A DNA stretch of 64,000 bases from Ylistrum balloti (taxonomy: Eukaryota), in contig NW_026782306.1 in the NCBI RefSeq assembly GCF_031769215.1, positions 310,001 to 374,000 of the forward strand, read 5' to 3'. Positions 13,701-25,700 of this stretch are shown piece by piece. The position numbers were made by a program, and so were the translations under genes. The notes beneath the pieces are model-generated. The model did no database searches and had not been told where the DNA came from. It saw nothing but the letters and a program-made list of their open reading frames with translations. Each line of letters starts with the position of its first letter. The first letter of the stretch is position 1.

Positions 13701-16700
13701 CCCTGTTTACTATATATGATCTATTCTGTGTTGGTTTGTTTGGTCAATCGAGAGATCCTGTTTTTACATTTAACTATCTACTATCCAATGAGAAGGCAAT
13801 CCCCCCTGTTTACTATATATGATCTATTCTGTGTTGGTTTGTTTGGTCAATCGAGAGATCCTGTTTTTACATTTAACTATCTACTATCCAATGAGAAGGC
13901 AATCCCCCCTGTTTACTATATATGATCTTTTCTGTGTTGGTTTGTTTGGTCAATCGAGAGATCCTGTTTTTACATTTAACTATCTACTATCCAATGAGAA
14001 GGCAATCCCCCCTGTTTACTATATATGATCTATTCTGTGTTGGTTTGTTTGGTTAATCGAGACATCCTGTTTTTACATTTAACTATCTACTATCCAATGA
14101 GAAGGCAATCCCCCCTGTTTACTATATATGATCTATTCTGTGTTGGTTTGTTTGGTTAATCGAGACATCCTGTTTTTACATTTAACTATCTACTATCCAA
14201 TGAGAAGGCAATCCCCCCTGTTTACTATATATGATTTATTCTGAGTTGGTTTGTTTGGTCAATCGAGAGATCCTGTTTTTACATTTAACTATTTACTATC
14301 CAATGAGAAGGCAATCCCCCCTGTTTACTATATATGATCTATTCTGAGTTGGTTTGTTTGGTCAATCGAGAGATCCTGTTTTTACATTTAACTATCTACT
14401 ATCCAATGAGAAGGCAATGCCCGAGATTGATTGAATCATGAGGTTATGGTACTTCATATGAAGATTATAACATTTATTTCAATCGCTTTGGATTTTATCT
14501 AGACTTATAATCACCAACAAATCCTAGAAGGACGAAACAGCTGTATGATGGAGTTAGATTCGTTGTTTACCTCTACTTTCGATAATTCTGTATTACCAGG
14601 TGCTGTTGACTAAACTGTGATGGGATTCGATGAAATTTGGTTTTTATAAACGATCTATTATAAATAAAACACATCATGTAAACTGCTTGTATTATCCAAT
14701 GATACGTCAGACTAGACTGTTTCTTGATTTTTATTTTTACTTCTAATTCATACTTGGAGTTTCAGTATATCAGTCATTATACACAAAGTTATTGTGAAAG
14801 GAAATATCAGTGTGTTTATAAAGATAAATTGTTAAAGTGAGAGAACAGTGCTGACTATTTCCAATTAAGACACGATATAATACAGCAGTATATCTATATT
14901 ATTATAACAGATGGAGATGACACTACAGGAACGATGTATACGTCATAAGTACACGTGACAGCCATTAACACAAGGGTCAAGGTCACAATTGAAAAGACTT
15001 TCAAAGTAGAAAATGACACTGCATCGGAAAAAGTACACCCATTCTATCATGCCAAAAATAGATATTTATAAAGATTGTCATTGTTTGAACTTAATATGAG
15101 GCACATGTATTGAAATGTTTTACTGCACAGCTAGAAAGCTGACCACTTAATCAGAACTGATACATGCATGATGACTTAATGACGTGTTGACAAAACAAAT
15201 CCGACAACTTGTGATCATATAACTATGTAATGACATATGAATTGCGCATTCACAAGCAACATAGCTACGACATAGTGACATCATCAGTGTATCTCAGCCA
15301 ATAGGAGATAAGGAATTGTGACCTTGACCCTGTAATAGACATAGAGGTACAAGAATCAGATTACCTTGTACATATTATGGAAGGTACATTACGTGGCCGG
15401 TTGGCGGGATGCATGTTGGGATCACACGTGGAGAATACATTCCTGTGACGTCAGAAGGAGAGGAAGAACCGACAGGGACAGAAAAAGAGTCAGAGAGAGA
15501 GAAAAACATGTACAATACTGACAAAAAAAAGAAGAAATTCAGGTAAAATACAAACTGTCATGAAACCCCATGCAATTGTTAATGGGTTTTGTTCTTGTTT
15601 GAATAATTTTGAATTATTATCCCGTTAAGATAATTAAATCAAAACACTGAATGAGTATGCCCACAAGATAAAGGGTGCTTTTAACAAGACTGAATATTTC
15701 ACTTTTGAAGGTTTTGTAGATTTCAACCATAACGTATATATAGTGTTCATGCGCTATAATATCAATCCAAAATCCCAACTTAAAGGAAGGTTGTCATAGC
15801 AATTAAGCATAAAGAGTTTGCAAAAACATATACGTAGTAAAATGCAGACATAAAGTGAAATAGAAGTATGACATAATCTTGTTTCAAAAGTAGATTATCC
15901 TAGATACTTCAGGGGTTACGCTCACTATCGCTCTCTACACCCCTGGAACCATCCTCGACACTTAAGGGGTTACACTTACTATCGCTCTCTGTACCCCTGG
16001 AACCATCCTCGATACTACAGGGGTTACACTCACTATCGCTCTCTGTACCCCTGGAACCATCCTCGATACTTCAGAGGTTCAGCTCACTGTCTCTTATTCT
16101 GCACCATTGAATATTTCATAGCAAAATTGAAGGTTCCATGTCCGACACGTTGTGGACAAGACGAAATGTTTGATCATTTGATGTACATCAAACGAATCTC
16201 GAGGTCATATGATGGTATGCTGTACTGCATTTGAGGTTCAAAGGCGTATTAGTTTGTGATTGGTCTGGATTTTTCAACTGAAATCCAGTTTAGACCAATC
16301 CACTCACTTAAACTGTGCCTCAATTTGGCATTAATTGTTCCTGGGTGCAGGGAGCGATAGTAAGCGTATCCCCAGTAGTATCGGGGACGAAATCATATAG
16401 GTATAGTTTGGATCATAGTGAACTAGGTAAAAACACAGTACTGATAGATATGAGGTTTAATGAGATATAGAAGTTGATTTATTACTCCAGTTCTGACTCG
16501 TCACCATGGATACTCTCTGCCGCGTCACGAGATATTGTTGAAAGCTTTTCGTGGTTTTCACAAGGAATTGTTTGATCTTGTTTCATATTTAGAAATTAAT
16601 GAAGTCGAGTAAAACATGAGTTTGGATTAATATTGGACAATTCTTATCAGAGACAACAAATATAGAGGTTTATTGTGTATACAACATATTTTTTTAAAGT

Positions 16701-19700
16701 ACATTACACGTAAAACAAAGGCTAAACAGATATATCCTACACACATTATACTTACTTATAATTGGAAGACTGTCCGTTTTTCACTGGATAACCGAGGTCG
16801 AATACCTGGTTAAAATTTGTCTGAAATACGAGATACATTGTTTTAATTTGAAAGTTTAGATAAGTTTTTAATTTCTAATCTTTTTTTTTTATTTCAAAGC
16901 TTACAGAAATTTTTAATTTCAAAGTTTACAGAAGGTCTAATTTCAATGCAAGGAAAGGTGATTGAACAATTGTTGCTGGAAGAAACTATTCGGTAATATA
17001 AATATATCAATATAAATTTGCATAAATTTTATATCAGCTATTTCTGTATACAGATCTAAGTACTTTTACAACTCTGAAAAAAAATGTCACTAGCGTTTTG
17101 ATTTTTGATAATCCCAAAGTATCAAACTGCCAAACATATTTTATTTTATAAAATAGCGTAATGGAAATTATGAAGGTATAGTTCACCGAGAGCAGAAATG
17201 GATTCGACGGTAGGGTGGAGTCGGGAGGCGCGTCGAAAGGGTGGGGTCGGGAGGCGCGTCGAAAGGGTGGGGTCGGGAGGGGAGTCGGAATGGTGGGGTC
17301 GGGAAGCGCGTCGAAAGGGTGGGGTCGGGAGGCGCGTCGAAAGGGTGGGGTCGGGAGGAAATGGGGTCGGGAGGGTGGGGTGGGGAGGCGCGTCGAAAGG
17401 GTGGGGTCGGGAGGGGAGTCGAAAGGAAGGGGTCGGGAGGGGGTGGGGTCTGGAGGGGAGTCGGAAGGGGGGGGGAGGTCGGGAGGATGGGTCGGGCGGG
17501 TGGGGTCGGAATGATGGGGTCGAGAGGATGGATTCTGGAGGGGGTCGGGAGGGGGTGGGGTCAAAGAAGCCGCACTTTTAATGACTAAAATGAGAAGCGG
17601 GGGGAGGGTAATTTACTTGATATGATTGAGTTATTAAAACTAGTAAAACTACATATTGAATTGATTTGACGTTTTCATTTTAATCAAAATGCAAAAAGAT
17701 AAACCTGCTAGTAGTTGTAAAAAGTGACACGTTATCTGTGGCTTGATACAGAACTACTTATTCCATTCGTCAGCAGGATAATTAGGAATAACCAAAAAAT
17801 GGACGATAACATCCTCCGCGACTGGCTGTCATTCCTCTGACACATTACTTAGCGGTAGAGATCGGATTATTTCTATACAACACCACGTCTACAATACGAG
17901 ATGACAGTTAGTTAATATCTATATACAGCGGGGAGATAATTCCTGTATATCTAATTCTAGAACATAAATAAGGCGATTGTACGACTGTACGAGGTTATCA
18001 GGGACAGATCTAATTCACACTAGACAGGATGTGTAAGGCACCTAGGAAAGCTGTATAAATCAAACTGAATCCAAAGTTGGAGGTGGCTGGGGTTGGAATA
18101 AATAAAAGTTTACTCCAATAAAAAAGAGTGTGATTTGGGGCGCAGTTGTAACGCACTCGTCTTTCACCAAGACGTCCTGAGTTCGAGTATTCGCACGAAC
18201 TCGGTGATGTAAGATGTGACCTGTCCGACCATGTGGGGTTTTCCGGTTTCTTTCCCTCGCGTTTTTTAACCAGAGCCAACAAGTGTGATTATTTGGAAAC
18301 TTGTTTCTTAGTTGTGGAGAAATTAAAACGTTCAAGAGAAAAAGCAGCATTAGTTTTTGTTATCTACGTAATAATGTAAAATGTACGATCAGTGATTAAT
18401 AAATTTCAACAAATTTGCGGTTGATGACATCACCACATTGAATTGTGGCGTCACCAAGGCATCTTCACTTACCTCTGACGTACCATCCCGTAACAGGACG
18501 GAACATCTCTCACACTTCAGTAGCGTTTGTGCTCTCTGCATTATCTTGTGAATGACCATTTCTAGTGACGTCTGTTCCTCGAAAACGTCATGGACAACCT
18601 CCAGCAGAGCCTGTAAAACAAACAGGTTAGTCTCGTTAACACATCCACGTTCTTATATTTCCTATATGTCTTTCAAATATTCAGTTTATCTTTATTTAGA
18701 TAAAATTAGTTTAGATCTCATGTAATAATTGAAATTAACTAAACGAGGCAAACAATACACAAGTAACAGAGGTCATAATTAACTTTAATGTCTCCGCTAG
18801 GAATCGAACCCGGGACCCCTGGCTTACTAATCTGACGCTCAACCAGTCGCGTTAAAGAGAAGTTCTCTCCAGCCGAGTGGTATATTGCGGTTAGTATTTT
18901 ACCAGGGTTACACATAGGTTGATATTCTTGGTTTATATTGGACAATAATATGGAAACTACCGGCATCTCACAGAATTATAGATATGATGTAACAGAAGAC
19001 TGTACAAAGGACAGAATATCAATAGTCAAAGTCAATAGAAATGTACAATGAGAATCATATATTTGATATGAAAGGACAATCGATCAGTATTTCATACTGT
19101 TAGAATTAATACATTGTAGCTGAAAAATTAATATTTACATCATTATTTCTGACTCAAAGTAGTGAACATTGAACCGGCGAAGAAACCCGAAATAGCGACA
19201 AAAAAATTAAAGTGTAAGTATTGCAATACCCTCTATATGCTATCATGGATGTTTTTTAATGCCCGAGAAATCTATATAAAGACAATGAAAAGATGCATGA
19301 ATAACGAGCTATTTCGCGCTCATTATCTGCCAGATCAGTTCGTTTAACCACTAGCCATCGGCACTCATGGCATCGAACAAAAGACATATATGTGAATAGC
19401 ACCTTTACATACGAATTCCGAAACTGGATTGATGTACATATAGAGGAATTAAATACTAACTACATATAGAACAGCGTGTAACGAGAAAAGGAAATACTGG
19501 AATTCAACATAACCTAAAGCGGTATGGCAGGAACTTCTACATTACAGTACCGGATATCTGGTGACACGTCTTTTCGTCTTAATAAGTGATAGACCTAGAA
19601 AACGGAAGTCTGCTCTGTAATATATATCAGTTACTTTCTCCTTGGGGCTACCCTTGTGATCCCCACTTATACAACAACTTGTCCCCGTAATGTGATTTTT

Positions 19701-22700
19701 ATCGATAGGAGATATATATATATATTTTTGTTTCTTCTTTTTTATTTTCTTTTTTTGGAGGGTTGGGGGTTGGGTTGGGTGGGTTTGATATTTGTGCAAG
19801 ATATTTCATTTACTATACTGTTTAAATTGCAATACTTCATTTTGTAATTGGGTAAGAAGATCATTGTGTACAAAGAATGACTAATGACTTAATAAGGTAA
19901 GAATCAGTGAATTATACACCTAAATTATACAATGGAGACGATGAGTCAGGCTAGCATTTAAAGGATTGTTACTACAAGATGTTTTAAATAACAGGGTTGA
20001 AACCTTTCAGTAACTCTCTTGAGAAGAGATCCGGAAATGACGCCGAATGTCTATACCAAACAAGTAACGCATTCTTAAAATCCGGAGGTGGAAAGCAGTA
20101 ATGGCGGAGATCAGTTCTCTAGGGCATCATAAGGAATATTTTTGCATCTAAGTATGCGACACGATTAAGTGGGAAACTATATAGAAACCTCCAGCGATCA
20201 CTTTCTACTTTCAGGCAGATTGCATCTCTATGTCCATCAAGTACACCACAGCGCTCGTTATGACATACAAAGCGTTGCCAGTCGATTTTCTACATGTGAA
20301 TCAAATCTCCTCGCTCTGAACGGGTACCATACATGCTATATTAATTTCATTCGTGTCAGCAACATCTAGATTACACAATATAACACATATTGCCGTATAC
20401 TATGTCAACAAGATCACACAATGTAACACATATTGTCGTAAACTATGTCAACAATGTTTAGATTACACAATGTAACACATATTGTCGTATACTATGTCAA
20501 CAACATCTAGATTACACAATATAACACATATTGTCGTATACTATGTCAACAACATCTAGATTACACAATATAACACATATTGTCGTATACTATGTCAACA
20601 ATGTCTAGATTACACAATGTAACACATAATGTCGTATACTATGTCACCAATGTTTAGATTGCACAATGTAACACATATTGTCGTATACTATGTCAACAAG
20701 ATTACACAATGTAACACATATTGTCGTATTCTATGTCAACAAGATTACACAATGTAACACATATTGTCGTATACTATGTCAACAAGATTACACAATGTAA
20801 CACATATTGTCGTATTCTATGTTAACAAGATTACACAATGTAACACATATTGTCGTATTCTATGTCAACAATGTTTAGATTACACAATGTAACACATATT
20901 GTCGTATACTATGTCAACAAGATTACACAATGTAACACATATTGTCGTATTCTATGTTAACAAGATTACACAATGTAACACATATTGTCCTATTCTATGT
21001 CAACAATGTTTAGATTGCACAATGTAACACATATTGTCGTATACTATGTCAACAACATCTAGATTACACAATATAACACATATTGTCCTATTCTATGTCA
21101 ACAATGTTTAGATTGCACAATATAACACATATTGTCGTATTCTATGTCAACAAGATTACACAATGTAACACATATTGTCGTATACTATGTCAACAATGTT
21201 TAGATTACACAATGTAACACATATTGTCGTAAACTATGTCAACAATGTTTAGATTACACAATGTAACACATATTGTCGTAAACTATGTCAACAATGTTTA
21301 CATTACACAATGTAACACATATTGTCGTATACTATGTCAACAATGTCTAGATTGCACAATGTAACACATATTGTCGTATTCTATGTTAACACAATGTAAC
21401 ACATATTGTCGTATACTATGTCATTACACAATGTAACACATAGATGTTAACAAGATTACACAATGTAACACATATTGTCGTATTCTATGTGTAACACAAT
21501 GTTCAACAAGATTACACAATGTAACACAAGATTACACAATGTAACACATATTGTCCTATTCTATGTCAACAATGTTTAGATTGCACAATATAACACATAT
21601 TGTCGTATACTATGTCAACAAGATTACACAATGTAGCACATAACAGTTAATCAAATTTGGAATTTTTAAGAAACATTCTTCATGCATGTTTACCTATATA
21701 AAGATAATCGCAAAATTTAATGTAGGTGAACTAGGCTGAGTCGATAAGTTAATCTCTGGAAATGTAATCTTGAGCTGAATCTAGATCGATCTTTTGGTTT
21801 AAATCAATTCTTTCTATAGTACATGACGTCATATTTCGGCTGTAATATTCTGTGGGCATGTTAAATACTTATCGTTGCTTCTTTCCGATACATAATGAGA
21901 TATGGCGTAGATAACAAGTAAATAAAAAAAATGACAAAAGTCAAATTTGCCTTATTCTGTATCTATCAAGTTCAATACCTTATTCCTCTCGTATTCTTTG
22001 CTGTAGGCCTCGAATATCTGGGCATTATGTATTGCAATCCCACAGAACGTTAAGTATGTCGCCAGCATCTGAAACAACAAATGAAGTCAGTTACTAATGA
22101 TGAGGGTGTTCATGATGTAAACAATGAAGAATGTCTAATCGACTTTGAAGTAATTCATTAAGTAGAAAGAGTGTTTGTCGAGCTCTACAAGACAGCTGTC
22201 GGATGCAGTTTAAATAATATGTTGGCACTGCTGTAACCAATTTGCATTGAACGGTGCAATACACTTTTTTGTCATTTGTGCAATCTTACGCTTACTTTCC
22301 GGAACACCTGGTCTTATTCACTTTGTACTTTTTAAGACCACACTGAGGAATACTGCCGATTATCCCAGCTGAGTATATGTACCACACTGAGGACCACTGT
22401 CGATTATCCCAGCTGAGTATATGTACCACACTGAGGACCACTGTCAATTGTCCCAGCTGAGTATGTGTACCACACTGAGGACCATTGTCCATTATCCCAG
22501 CTGAGTATGTGTACCACACTGAGGACCACTGTCGATTGTCCCAAATGAGTATGTGTACCACACTGAGGAATTATCCCAGATGAGTATGTGTACCACACTG
22601 AGGAATACTGTCGATTGTCCCAGCTGAGTATGTGTATCACACTGAGGACCACTGTCGATTGTCCCAGCTGAGTATGTGTACCACACTGAGGAATACTGTC

Positions 22701-25700
22701 GATTGTCCCAGCTGAGTATGTGTATCACACTGAGGACCACTGTCGATTGTCCCAGTTGAATATGTGTACCACACTGAGGAATTATCCCAGCTGAGTATGT
22801 GTACCACACTGAGGACCACTGCGATTATCCCAGCTGAGTATGTGTACCACACTGAGGAATACTGCGATTATCCCAGCTGAGTATATGTACCACACTGAGG
22901 ACCACTGTCGATTGTCCCAGCTGAGTATGTGTACCACACTGAGGACCACTGTCGATTGTCCCAGCTGATTATATGTACCACACTGAAGAATTATCCGAGC
23001 TGAATATGTGTACCACATTGCAGGAATAAGTTTCCATCTGTGGCGTGTTACATTGAAGGAATAAGTTTCCATCTGGGGCGGGTTACATTGAAGAAATAAG
23101 TTTTCATCTGGGGCGGGTTATATTGAAGGAGTAAGTTTTCATCTGGGGCGGGTTATATTGAAGGAGTAAGTTTTCATCTGTGACGGGTTACATTGAAGGA
23201 GTAAGTTTCCATCTGGGGCGTGTTACATTGAAGGAGTAAGTTTCCATCTGGGACGGGTTACAATGAAGGAGTAAGTTTTCATCTGTGGCGGGTTACATTG
23301 AAGGAGTAAGTTACATTGAAGGAGTAAGTTTTCATCTGTGGCGGGTTACATTGAAGGAGTAAGTGTCCATCTGGGGCGGGTTACATTGAAGGAGTAAGTT
23401 TTCATCTGTGGCGGGTTACATTGAAGGAGTAAGTGTCCATCTGTGGCGGGTTACATTGAAGGAGTAAGTTTCCATCTGTGGCGGGTTACATTGAAGGAGT
23501 AAGTTTTCATCTGTGGCGGGTTACATTGAAGGAGTAAGTTTCCATCTGGCGCGGGTTACATTGAAGGAGTAAGTTTTCATCTGTGGCGGGTTACATTGAA
23601 GGAGTAAGTTTTCATCTGTGGCGGGTTACATTGAAAGAGTAAGTTTTCATCTGTGGCGGGTTACATTGAAGGAGTAAGTGTCCATCTGGGGCGGGTTACA
23701 TTGAAGGAGTAAGTTTTCATCTGTGGCGGGTTACATTGAAGGAGTAAGTTTTCATCTGTGGCGGGTTACATTGAAGGAGTAAGTGTCCATCTGTGGCGGG
23801 TTACATTGAAGGAGTAAGTTTCCATCTGTGGCGGGTTACATTGAAGGAGTAAGTTTCCATCTGGCGCGGGTTACATTGAAGAAATCACAACGAGCGTTAT
23901 TATAGATTGTATTCTTTGTTATGAAATAAAGGTGTTTTGTAACATACTTAAAATACAACATCCCATTCCATACATCTCTAGCGACCAGACAAGTCTGTGT
24001 CTTAGATTTACGATGTGTAGAACAAGCCAAAAATGTCGAAATGTTATGAGATAGTGTTCAGTACGCATGGCACTTAAATGTAAACCAATCTGCGTTGTTA
24101 GTATTTTATGGTGTGATAGTAAGCAGTATAGATATTCTAGATTTATCTATTCTGACTGCGATAGAACGCTAACATTAACAAATACATTCCCTTATATTCA
24201 ATTACGTTTTCGTTACTCAGCATTCTGACAAACTATCTATACAGTACTACGAGGTAAGAATGACACGTTGTGGTAGAAATGAAAACAAATATGTTCATGC
24301 CTTAGGGTGATTTTTCTTTTGCTAGGCGTATCCGATCTTGGCAAATTGCCATCATCAGGCTGGGTATTATTTCGAAGATAAACAAGCACTGCCGTTTAAG
24401 AATCTGTCGTTCTGTGATGAACTTGGATGTCCACAGAAAAGGGGTATTCCTTTCAGCCATGTACTATCATTAGCTTTTTAAGAAGACCTTTCTGCCCATC
24501 ATTGATTGTCATCCTGATGTAGATAGCGCGAGAGTGGCTGTCGAGACTTTAGGTATGGAGTATTTAATGTAGAAATAAGTATTGTTTACGTCAATAGATG
24601 ACTCTAAATCTGAGCTACTCGTGACAGTCTAACGATAATATAGAACAAGATAGCATGTTTAGTGTGATGTTTTGGATCGAGCTTTATGAGAATCTATTTC
24701 AGCTACCTTTTGAAATGCATTGAAGATTTAAGGAGTGTTTTATTTGAAATCTGTAATGATGGTGTGGGTAATTTCCATTTTAACATTCTTCCTTACCGAT
24801 ACAGAATGTCATATTTTAAAAAAGTGAAACATTCTACGGGTATCTCATATCATTAAAGCAAGGCGACTACAGCGTTAGAAAAAATGTAGGAACGGGGAGT
24901 GGGTGGGGGACTGTAACCTTTAACACTTTAACATAGGTCAAACTTTGTCGGGCTTCATTCTAAGGACATACCAGCCAGATATGATTCCTCAAAGACTTTT
25001 AGTTCACGAGAAGAAGTTATTTAAATGTTTTAACAAATTAGACCCCTGTGACCTGAAAAATAATTCAAGGTCATTTCTTTTCGCAAACTTTGTAAGGCTT
25101 CATCCTAGGAAATACCAGTCAAATATCGAGACGTTTGGTCCATTGGTTATAAAGAGAAGAAGTTGACGCCAGACGACGGGAGGACGACGGTTGACGGACG
25201 CTGCGTCACGGCAAAAACTTATTTGGCTCTTCGGGCCAGGTGAGGTAATAATGTCACGTATTCAATGTGAGTACCGCAGAAGTGACAAGGCTTTGTCATC
25301 ATTTCGTACAGTCAGTTGATGTGGCGGCATGACAGCTTATTTTTATAGATTGATTTATTCATTAATTTTGTAACGATAAAATCTTAATTCTTTATCAACG
25401 GTTTTTGATTTAGTTTTCATCAGTTCAATCTCTTAACGTCGATTTGGAAACGCAATCCCTGAAGAATAAATATGTACGGTTTCCCTGACAATAATTAAAC
25501 TGCCTGGAACAAAGAGGTCATTGTCATTCTGATCATTTTCATGGAGAAAAGAAATCATGTACAAAATCAATTCGTAAAGTCGTACAAGTGACATCATGAT
25601 AAATGTTATCAGATTTCATTTTGTCTTAATTTCTGTTCAGAACCCTTCAAATATCACATTCTTAATGATGCAACTGGTCCATTATCATAGGAATAAAGAT

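Noticed and set aside
12915-14418. Regularly spaced repeats and a series of identical 69-aa ORFs, suggesting CRISPR or a gene array
   Set aside because: Head-to-tail units with no unique spacers, no cas genes and a eukaryotic context. The ORFs are a by-product of the 103-bp period.
17034-17588. Long Pro-rich and Gly-rich ORFs (176, 127, 115, 99 aa)
   Set aside because: Open in several frames only because the G/C-rich repeat lacks stops; no splice signals.
18790-18865. Possible tRNA-Thr gene
   Set aside because: A and B boxes are present but the anticodon and acceptor stems do not pair, so it is treated as a SINE head.
22292-23072. Multiple overlapping minus-strand ORFs
   Set aside because: Translations of a tandem repeat in all frames; they do not fit the PDE exon chain.
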